In this document: positions 1 through 9,427 of the stretch, piece by piece
How the letters are laid out: every line of letters begins with the position of its first letter
How positions within the stretch are numbered: the first letter of the stretch is position 1
NCBI RefSeq assembly: GCF_001194135.2
Contig: NC_068997.1
Coordinates: 21,580,917-21,619,072, forward strand
DNA: 38,156 nucleotides
DNA from: Octopus bimaculoides
Lineage: Eukaryota
Direction: 5' to 3'
Notes under the pieces: model-generated
What the model was told of the DNA's origin: nothing
The model's input: only the letters and a program-made list of their open reading frames with translations
Database searches by the model: none
Translations under genes and position numbers: made by a program

Positions 1-46
<46 letters not shown>
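1..46. repeat. (AC)n microsatellite
   Basis: Perfect AC run at the window start. Confidence 0.98.
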
Positions 47-51
<5 letters not shown>

Positions 52-390
52 CTCTCTCTCTTTCTCCGCCTTTTCACTTTCTACTTCTCTTTACTCTTAT
101 CCCCTTCTACTCCCAAACCTCATCCCGTGTTATGTATGACATAATTAATGGCGGACATTGCATTTTTTTTTGTGTTTTTGTTTTAGTTTTCTACGTTGAT
201 AATCTTAGTTGTTATTGTTGTAGTTGTTGTCTTCCATACACACAACGAAGGTGAAGGTAGTCAGGCAGTGTGTACAAAATGTCCCCCGTTTTTCTGACAA
301 CGTATAAATTTCTCCTTTATTTCATTTCGTATCCAGTAAAATATATTATTATTATCAGTAGTAGCAATGATATTCATTATTGTTATTTGT

Positions 391-428
391 TATCATCATC
401 ATCATCATTATCATCATCATCATCATCA

Positions 429-483
<55 letters not shown>
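391..483. repeat. Compound (ATC)n-(ATT)n microsatellite
   Basis: Read directly; explains the poly-S/L/I ORFs at 270-647. Confidence 0.97.
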
Positions 484-484
<1 letters not shown>

Positions 485-796
485 ATTATTTGTTTTTATT
501 TTTTTGTTATTACCGTTATTCGTTATTTTGTCTCTTTCATTTTCATTTATTTGTTTTTCTTTGTCTTCATTGTGTAGTATTGGATTCAGTTATGTTTGTT
601 TCTTTGGTTCGGTACGAATTATTTCTTTATTTTTTTCTTCCTGTTAGATTCACAATCAGTTTGGTGTTCGGGTGTGGCTTTTCGTTATTGTCACTGCTAC
701 TGCTATTAGACGTAGTAATATTTTTAGGCAAAAGCTAAGCAAACAAACGGACATGTACACCCCCCCCCCCGCCACACACATAATACCTGTATTGTA

Positions 797-1010
797 TCTT
801 TTACTCTTTACTTCAATCATTGGAATGCGACCATATTGGGACAACACATTGAAGGGTTTAATAGAACAAATCGACTCCAGTATTGAATTTGAAAGTTTAT
901 CCTGTACTCAACTTATAAGCCTTAATGACCATTTTCTCGAACAGCTAATTCACTATGACATAAACAAAGCAACACCGGTTATGAAATTGTGGTGGGAAAA
1001 AGACATCACA
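797..1010 (-). mobile_element. SINE family A, 3' half, degenerate, running into (CA)n and a gap
   Basis: Reverse-complement similarity to the family A 3' end (ttttactctttacttc..cattggaatgcgaccata..gaacaaatcgactccagta..aacaccggtt) compared with the copies at 19084 and 36147. Confidence 0.75.
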
Positions 1011-1025
1011 CGTACACACACTCAT

Positions 1026-1092
<67 letters not shown>

Positions 1093-1457
1093 NNNNNNNN
1101 NNNNNNNNNNNNNNNNNNNNNNNNNNNNNNNNNNNNNNNNNNNNNNNNNNNNNNNNNNNNNNNNNNAATGTAAATATTATGCAACATGAACACCATTAAA
1201 ACTTCCCGTCCATTTCTTATTTTTTGACGGGTATTCCTATATTGTGGTTGAAGTTTCTTTTCATTGATTCCCACAGTTCGAAGGATTACAGAGTTCAAAT
1301 AGTGTTGGTTCATAATTTAAATAATTAACAACATAATTTATCAATATATTTACTGACACTCTTATCTCTCTCTCTCTTTCTTTCTTTCTTTCTCTCTGTG
1401 TGTTTCTCTCTCTCTGTATACATATATATGTGTGTGTGCGTATACACATACAGACAC

Positions 1458-1497
<40 letters not shown>

Positions 1498-1615
1498 TAT
1501 TATATGATATTATATATTAATTTAAAAAGAAACGAATAAACAAGGAATATCCATTGCTTAGAGATTCTCCATTATTGTTGTAAGAAGAACAGAAAATTTT
1601 GTTTCGCTGATAATA

Positions 1616-1647
1616 CTAGAATAACGCGGAAATAGTTCCGCAGTTAT
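1616..1647 (-). mobile_element. Possible Helitron 3' terminus (GC hairpin + CTAG|T)
   Basis: Minus strand reads GCGGAA-CTAT-TTCCGC, then gttatt, then CTAG followed by T. Confidence 0.3.
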
Positions 1648-2216
1648 CTGCCTTGTTTAATGAAATATTTAAAATAACATTAATCAACGGATTTTTGTTT
1701 TAATAATTTTCCTTTCTGTATAATTAATTGTTAGTCAACTAATTCTACCTTAATTAAATGAATTAAGAAACACCTAACACATGCTTATCGTGTATATTAT
1801 CACTAATCAAAACTCTTGAGATTCCTTAGATTATGAGAAAAACTGGGGCTTAGTGTTTAATTCAGCAATTAGTGGAAATGAAAATAAGGAATAAATCCAG
1901 AGAACAATATTTAAAACGGTTCTTATATATATAGATCAAACTACTTGTTAAAACAGCAACAGTGAATTTTTGGCTATCCAATGTTATATTTTCAACAGAA
2001 GATTACGAGACATATATCTGGTTTCTTCGTATATGGAATTAATTTTCTAGTCAATTATTTGAAATCTCATTCGATATCTTATTACTTTAATGAGCACCAC
2101 TTGCTTTCAAGTGAAGAAATAAAACAAAAATCTTAAGTTATTAAGGATTTGTTCAAAAAGGTGCAAGATTAAAAAACATTAAAAATAAATAAATTAGTTT
2201 TGTTATTTGATTATAA

Positions 2217-2425
2217 AGGCAGAGAATTGGTTGAATTTCTGGAGCGTCGGATAGTATGTCTTATATTTGTTCTGGTTCTTTACGCCTCGGGTTCAAAACC
2301 CACTAAAATTCTGATTTGCCTTTCATCCTTCCGGGGTAGGTAAAATAAAATTGCAGTCAAGCAGAGGAGCCGGTTTAACCGACCACCCCGGAGCCCCCAT
2401 CCAAATTTCTAGCGCCTTCATCAAA
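2217..2425 (+). mobile_element. SINE family B copy
   Basis: aggcagagaattgg head, B-box-like ggttcaaaaccc, tttgcctttcatccttccggggtaggtaaaat module. Confidence 0.8.
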
Positions 2426-3039
2426 AGTTATTTCTTAAAGTATACAGACAAAACATTAATATCACAGAAGACAGAAAAAACATAGAATTTCATAGTTCTG
2501 GTGATATGGTGTTCACGAAACTTCAAGCAATGTTTAGTTTCATCTCTTCACGTTCTAAGTTCAAATTTTATCGATTCTATCCCATCTTTCTTGTTCTGAC
2601 TTCCAATACGATCGTGGTCAATTTTGATTAAACTCCTTTCGAGGTTGATATAAAATAATTGTGAAGCAGTGTTCTATTTAATCCACTTGTAATCAGCGAG
2701 TAACTATGTTTTGTGCCGAAATCTATAAGTTAATATTAGTTCTAAAGAACATACATGGCCCTTGATTAAAACTTAAGTTCCTAGTTACATAGCATAGACA
2801 CTGAGATTAATTTCAACCAGTAGTTGAAATGCTTCGATTTCACTCATTTCAAAAACTTTAAAAGGCACAAACTACTGAAGAACTCTCGACACGGTAACTT
2901 GCCTTGGTAGATATAACTGTTAGATTTACTTCAAATCACACAGAGTAATATTTAGAAAAGAAAGGTTAGACTGGCTAATGTGGTCCGAGGTATACTATAT
3001 CTAGAGAAATACGAAGACGAATTGGCGAGTGCTGGATGG

Positions 3040-3320
3040 ATTGATATAATCAGTAGAGAAATGTTTGTAATGCTTTTGTGGCATTTAGTTTCATCCATTT
3101 ACGTTCCAAGCAGCGGGCGGTCACGTACAGGGGTCGAATCCGTGAACTATACTCCTCCACACAAATTGTACATCCTTGTGTATGTATTAAATATCACTAT
3201 TACTTATAACAGTAAATTGCACCGAGGTCGACTTTGCTTTTCAGCCTTCGCGATCGATAAATTAAGTACGCTAGGTTCGAGGCCCCTGAATTTCAGACAT
3301 TGTGCCTATATTAGAAAGGC
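3040..3320 (+). mobile_element. Degenerate SINE family B fragment(s)
   Basis: ccgaggtcgactttgctttttcagccttcgcgatcgataaattaagtac core at about 3221-3270 and ttgtgcctatattagaaa tail. Confidence 0.6.
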
Positions 3321-3323
3321 AGC

Positions 3324-3529
3324 AAGGCAGCGAGCTGGCAGAGTCATGCTTAGCGGCGTTTCGTTCGTCTTTACATTCTGAGTTTAAATTCCGCTGAGGT
3401 CGACTTTGGCTTTCATCCTTTCGAAAGTCGGATAAAATAAGTACCAGTTGAGCACTGAGGTCGATGTAATCGATTTACCCACATCCCATAAAATTGCTGG
3501 CCTTGCGCCAAAATTTGAAATCAGTATTA
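3324..3529 (+). mobile_element. SINE family B, near full length
   Basis: aaggcagcgagctggcaga..atgcttagcggc..gagtttaaattccgctgaggtcgactttggctttcatcctttcg..ataagtaccagttgagcactgaggtcgatgtaatcga..ggccttgcgccaaaatttgaaa. Confidence 0.9.
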
Positions 3530-4149
3530 CTTACAGCAGTAGTTCAAACCCTAAAAAGCTACAATATTTTTACTTACAGCCGTCATATATATAGTTATAT
3601 AAAGAGTTACTCATTTTGAGGTTCCGACAGATTTGAACGCGCATATACTATTTGCTGTTATATTTTCCTGGGTAAGACAGAGAAAACTGGGGGACAGAAA
3701 GAGAGTAGGTAGAATTAGAGGGTGTGAGAGAGGGGCAAGTGAGAAAGAGAGAGAATGGAGATCAAGGGAAAAGACAAACAGACAGACTCACACATAGTCA
3801 CACACTCAAACGTAAGGTTAGCTGAAAATGTATTCACACTTTCTATACATAAATATGATACCGCATTTAATACGCACATATATCGTACCTTTCGTATTTA
3901 TGCTAACATATTTATTATACTATAAACTTTGTATATAATTAATTATTGAACTAACAGTTGTCTGGAAACTTTTGCGTAGATAACGACACTGAATGTGACA
4001 ACTGAATAGAGATTTGTGTTGCATATAGATGGAAACTTAAGACAATGTTCTCGTACATTCGAAGCGAAATATATGCATAGCCTCAGAGGCTACTTTTCCT
4101 CATTCCTTATTAACTTCTCATTTTTCATTTTGCAATTTCATTTCAGCTG

Positions 4150-4229
<80 letters not shown>

Positions 4230-4253
4230 TAATAATAATAATGATAATAATAA
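4150..4253. repeat. (TAC)n followed by (ATA)n microsatellite
   Basis: Read directly; source of the poly-Thr ORF 4016-4372. Confidence 0.97.
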
Positions 4254-4466
4254 TTTTTCCGCTTTGTATGGATATTTTAACCAGTCTCTACTGTTCTGAA
4301 AATAATTTATCATCTTATTTGAATTTCACAATACATTTCAACGCTTCTAAAAAAAAAAAAAGCAGACATTAGTTTGTTCACATTTATCGTAATTTGAATT
4401 TTCAGCCTTGCAGCGTTCTGCTTGGTGGCTTTATAAGTTCGAAAATTGTAGATTAATTTGTCAGTG

Positions 4467-4541
4467 GACAGTTTAGCTTAATTGGTAAAGCAATTGACCG
4501 GTAATCAAGGGATTTGAGTTCGAGTTTCATGGCTAACTGTT
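4467..4541 (+). pseudogene. tRNA-like relic (Thr, GGT anticodon position), probably non-functional or a SINE head
   Basis: Perfect D stem GCTT/AAGC around AATTGGTA; anticodon arm ATTGA-CCGGTAA-TCAAG; T arm TTGAG-TTCGAGT-TTCAT; A/B-box-like motifs. Acceptor stem imperfect, C at position 33, T-stem mismatch. Confidence 0.55.
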
Positions 4542-4658
4542 GACAAATTCTTCCGTTTTGTATAAATATTTTATCCAGTCTCTAAAAGAAATTATCATCT
4601 TATTTCAACATTTATCGTATATATAAATATATATATATAAATAACACAAACAGAGTTA

Positions 4659-4878
4659 TACGAGGGTGTGCAGAAAAGTTCCTGGCTTAAAGGGTATCCC
4701 TAAAGGCCTGGTTGGAGACCCAACCTCTCGAGTTCTTTAACAGGGTTTAGAAATACTGATGAGCCGCTGCAATAAGTATATGAATCTGAGGGGAACGCTT
4801 TGAATAAAATCTTAATTAATTGACCCTTCTGCATTTACTTTTAACCAAAGTGAAGAATTTTTAATTACTCCTTCTTAT
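4659..4878 (+). mobile_element. Mariner-derived non-autonomous element (MITE)
   Basis: Left TIR TACGAGGGTGTGCAGAAAAGTTCCTGGCTT with a degenerate right TIR (about 19/30 match) ending in TA; internal remnant translating QGLEILMSRCNKYMNLRG/ERFE* resembles the mariner transposase C-terminus. Confidence 0.75.
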
Positions 4879-4929
4879 AAACGTAGGCATGTTTGTATAA
4901 TTAAACTTTCAGGTTCACTCCCAAGCAGG

Positions 4930-4991
4930 ATTCGTTCTACACTACATTCGTTCTACACTACATTCGTTCTACACTACATTCGTTCTACACT
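4930..4991. repeat. 16-bp tandem repeat (ATTCGTTCTACACTAC) x3.9
   Basis: Three perfect units plus 14 bp. Confidence 0.97.
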
Positions 4992-5549
4992 CGTCTTTTA
5001 GTTTTTACTCCTGCACAGCTCCCTGGCCCGTTTTGAAAGAAAGAAAATACGCCATAATCAAATCAATATTCTACTAACGAATCTCATTCCATATGAGTCC
5101 AAAGTAATCAACCTTATCGGTCCACCTTCACTAGTTAGTTTTGCTACAAGGCACACCGCATAGTTGGGAAAAATGTTTTAATGAAAAATATAGAAAACAA
5201 ATATATCAATTCCGAGAATGAGGAAAATTAATGGTTCACACTTAGGCAAAATATACCTACCTACCTACCTACATACCTACTTACATACAAACATAATTAT
5301 ATACACACATACATACATAAATTTGCGTGTGTGTCTGTGTTTGTGTGCGTGTGCATGTATGTGTGTGTTAGTAAAGAATAAAGAAAGAAATTAAAATATA
5401 GATATAAATAAAGCAGCATCTATAATTCATTTTAGCGAATAGGAAAGTTATTTGCTTTGAAGAAATTAAAAAAAAAACGAAAATTACTGCGCCAAATCAA
5501 GAGTCGAGCTTATTATCGCCCAAACACAGGTAAGTAGGTAGATATATAG

Positions 5550-5727
5550 GTGTGTGTGTGTGTGTGTGTGTAAATTTAGATGTGGTTCTTTACATATATA
5601 TACATATTCACGAATGTATATACATAAACTCAAACACACACATGTTGAGATAGAGAGAGATCGAGTGAGTGAGTGAGGGAGGGAGCGAGAGAGAGAAATA
5701 GAGCGAGAGAGAAAGAGAGCGAGAGAG
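5550..5727. repeat. (GT)n and (GA)n-rich simple repeat cluster
   Basis: Read directly. Confidence 0.85.
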
Positions 5728-6135
5728 AATGTGGGACAAAAGTCGACAGAAAGATGAATGATGCCTCTTTGGTTTTGGAATGGAAGCAAGGCGTGAGTTC
5801 GAACGTCTTTTATGGGCGAACAACGAAGAAAAGTTTAGCAAGCACCACTACAGTACCGTGTGATAAATATATGTAAATGCGTGTGTGTGTGTGTATGCTT
5901 GTGCATGTGTGTGTTTGTGGGTGAGTGTATGTGTGCGCGCCAGCGTATGTGTGAGTGCAAAGGTGCCATATTAAGATTTATATACACATTCACTCTATAT
6001 ATTAAGGGACGGTGACGACTGAAAATTTAGTAAATATGATTATCCTTCACAGAAATGCTGGCGGAGGAGGGGCTTACATGCCCTAATATTAGACTAATTT
6101 CTATAGTCTATATGCAACGACCTTATAATTATATG

Positions 6136-6169
<34 letters not shown>

Positions 6170-6769
6170 TATANNNNNNNNNNNNNNNNNNNNNNNNNNN
6201 NNNNNNNNNNNNNNNNNNNNNNNNNNNNNNNNNNNNNNNNNNNNNNNNNNNNNNNNNNNNNNNNNNNNNNNNNNNNNNNNNNNNNNNNNNNNNNNNNNNN
6301 NNNNNNNNNNNNNNNNNNNNNNNNNNNNNNNNNNNNNNNNNNNNNNNNNNNNNNNNNNNNNNNNNNNNNNNNNNNNNNNNNNNNNNNNNNNNNNNNNNNN
6401 NNNNNNNNNNNNNNNNNNNNNNNNNNNNNNNNNNNNNNNNNNNNNNNNNNNNNNNNNNNNNNNNNNNNNNNNNNNNNNNNNNNNNNNNNNNNNNNNNNNN
6501 NNNNNNNNNNNNNNNNNNNNNNNNNNNNNNNNNNNNNNNNNNNNNNNNNNNNNNNNNNNNNNNNNNNNNNNNNNNNNNNNNNNNNNNNNNNNNNNNNNNN
6601 NNNNNNNNNNNNNNNNNNNNNNNNNNNNNNNNNNNNNTATATATATATATATATATATATATGCATATATATTCATATATACTTACATATATGTGTACAT
6701 ACTTAGATATACACATAGATACACACATATGTACTCGTAGGTACTTTCATATATACACACATATATACA

Positions 6770-6776
6770 TACGTAT

Positions 6777-6807
<31 letters not shown>

Positions 6808-6885
6808 TATATGTATATACACACGTACTCATACAATCACACACACACACTCGCACACACCTACACACACACACATTCACACAGG

Positions 6886-6956
<71 letters not shown>
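6770..6956. repeat. (CA)n/(CT)n compound microsatellites
   Basis: Read directly. Confidence 0.9.
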
Positions 6957-6958
<2 letters not shown>

Positions 6959-7564
6959 CCTCATTCATTGAAGCAAAGAAAAACTTCAAATTAGTAGAGA
7001 CAATGGTAAGAGACAAAAGAAAAGAAAAAAATAGGAAAATTCATGGCAAAGCTTGTGCGTGCATCTACGTTATTACTTATCAAATCAGATAGGTGGAGAT
7101 GGTGATTTGAAAATATACATAAAATATTCAAACTTCGTTTTGTAGCGTTGAAGCCGAAACCTGAATAGAAAATCACACTTGTCTCGGCCAATATACATCA
7201 AACTGTAGAAATCTTCATTCTGTGTTTTGCTGTTTTCACACCTTTGTTTCCCGTTGTTTTTGGCTTTTGTTCCGTAATATCTCCTTTTCTAGCCTACGTG
7301 TTACATTTAGTCTTAATTTTCTGTTGTTAGCTGGTTGGTATATCTACAATATAACTTATGTTTCTAATTTTTTCCTAATATATTTTGTTTAGTTTTGTCT
7401 CTGTTTTACAAATCTATCTATCTTTTTACCTCTATCTAACTCTGTTTCTGTCTCATATCTTTTCTTTCTTTTATTTCATCTGTGTTGGTTACTTTAAATG
7501 AGTTACGATAATTAACATCGTCAAAAACAACAACATAACAAAAGAATCAAGTAGCAATAATAAG

Positions 7565-7790
7565 AAAACTAAGATAGAAATCTCATCGTGGTCAATGTAT
7601 CTGCCAGAAACGGAAACCCAATGTTCCTTAAATCACACGCATACTTCTTAGAAAATGAATAACATATTCTCTAATGTAATCCAAACTAAAATATGTGCAG
7701 GAAAAAGATATGATAGTCACGGTTGGAATGCCTTTGATGATAGGTATGTCAGACCATTTCTGACTAAAGATTAAACAGCGATCAAGCATT
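7565..7790 (+). mobile_element. Dispersed repeat family C (probable SINE 3' region)
   Basis: Blocks gtggtc..ctgccagaaacggaaacccaa..aaatcacac and gtcacggttggaatgcctttgat are shared with 17430-17680 (+) and 16200-16410 (-). Confidence 0.55.
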
Positions 7791-7930
7791 GGCAATAATA
7801 AAAATAACAAAACTAACGCTGATTTCTTACTTAGGTACAAGGTCTGACATTTTGCAAATTGGTCGATGTTGATCATATCGATCTAAAATCTTGAACTGCA
7901 CATTTTTTCATCAATCCCAGAAGAGTTTCA

Positions 7931-8053
7931 CTCGTACAAATCGACTCCAGCACTTTCTTTTTACAGCCTGGTTCTTACCCTATCTGTCATTGTTTCGAAC
8001 CGCCAAATTACAGGGTAATAAACAAACCAACATCAGGTATCAAGCTGTGGTGG
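7931..8053 (-). mobile_element. SINE family A 3' fragment
   Basis: aaatcgactccagcactt..gcctggttctta..cgaaccgccaaattacaggg..ccaacatc is the reverse complement of the family A 3' module. Confidence 0.7.
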
Positions 8054-9382
8054 ATGTCAAATAGTACATACAACCACATACCTACATCTATACATTGTAT
8101 GTATAGATGTAGGTATGTACATATATGTGTGGATATATGCATATATTTATATATTATTTATATTATTATTATATATATATATATATNNNNNNNNNNNNNN
8201 NNNNNNNNNNNNNNNNNNNNNNNNNNNNNNNNNNNNNNNNNNNNNNNNNNNNNNNNNNNNNNNNNNNNNNNNNNNNNNNNNNNNNNNNNNNNNNNNNNNN
8301 NNNNNNNNNNNNNNNNNNNNNNNNNNNNNNNNNNNNNNNNNNNNNNNNNNNNNNNNNNNNNNNNNNNNNNNNNNNNNNNNNNNNNNNNNNNNNNNNNNNN
8401 NNNNNNNNNNNNNNNNNNNNNNNNNNNNNNNNNNNNNNNNNNNNNNNNNNNNNNNNNNNNNNNNNNNNNNNNNNNNNNNNNNNNNNNNNNNNNNNNNNNN
8501 NNNNNNNNNNNNNNNNNNNNNNNNNNNNNNNNNNNNNNNNNNNNNNNNNNNNNNNNNNNNNNNNNNNNNNNNNNNNNNNNNNNNNNNNNNNNNNNNNNNN
8601 NNNNNNNNNNNNNNNNNNNNNNNNNNNNNNNNNNNNNNNNNNNNNNNNNNNNNNATTTGCTAAGCTAAGGATTCAAATCTGAAACTGAACCAATACTTTT
8701 TTGTTTTTGCAGATTTCCTTGAAAAAGGTGGGGGAAAAATTAGTATTGAATTTTCTTTCCACTTTAAATTTTCTTCAAGAGTCTTTACTGATTTCCTGCT
8801 AATTATTATATTTTGTCAATTTAAAAAAATATCATTTTGATATTTTGCCTTATAATTAGATATATATTTGATAGCATAAACTGATATTTGATAGCATAAA
8901 CTGAACAAGCAAAAAAAAAAAAAAAAAAATACAAAGAACAAAACAGCAATAAAACACTTATTTATCAAAATGAACTAAAGACGTAATGCATAACTATTTG
9001 GGGAACTTTGAACGTTAATGTCTGGTATTTTGAGAGATAGTGGAAACTCTTAATTGGTTTGTTACATATTTTATTGTTTTACCCACTAATTATCATTACA
9101 ATGTTATCGTGTATTACATATTTTCGTTAATTCTACATTTTAGACATTTATCACATTTTACAGCATTTTTCAAGGTGCTAGATACCGCGTCTTCAAGCTA
9201 ACTGTGAAAAGATACGATTTAGGAAGATTTCTCAATTGAGAAACACATTTTATCTAACAGCATAAATGCACACACATTCACCTAGAGTATTTTTTAGCCT
9301 CTGGTCAGCTTTGATGCAGGAGACATCTCTTTTTACGAAGAAAATGTGTTCATAACACACTCGATTCATTAGCAAAAACGAG

Positions 9383-9427
9383 TCTAGACCACCGGTGTTT
9401 CAACATCGGTTTGCCTCATCAGCCAGA
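9383..9427 (-). ncRNA. Degenerate type I hammerhead-ribozyme-like motif
   Basis: Minus strand TCTG(G)-CTGATGA-GGCAAACCGATGTT-GAAA-CACCGGTG(G)-TC-TAGA: intact core boxes, palindromic stem III, GUC triplet. Confidence 0.4.

Noticed and set aside
4756-4790. CTGATGA box at about 4756
   Set aside because: No GAAA box or stems; lies inside the mariner transposase remnant.
4930-4991. CRISPR-like appearance of regular repeats
   Set aside because: Units are contiguous with no unique spacers; eukaryotic context and no cas genes.
7655-7771. Short frame MNNIF...GKRYDSHGWNAFDDRYVRPFLTKD* with AG/GT sites, superficially like an Na+/H+ exchanger C-terminal motif
   Set aside because: The DNA (gtcacggttggaatgcctttgat) is part of dispersed repeat family C, also seen at about 17595 and in reverse at about 16200-16280; poor polypyrimidine tract.
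8713-8727. Possible 15-nt symmetric microexon (DFLEK) after tttttgtttttgcag
   Set aside because: Donor AAG|GTGGGG is mediocre and such short matches are expected by chance in T-rich DNA; needs RNA-seq.
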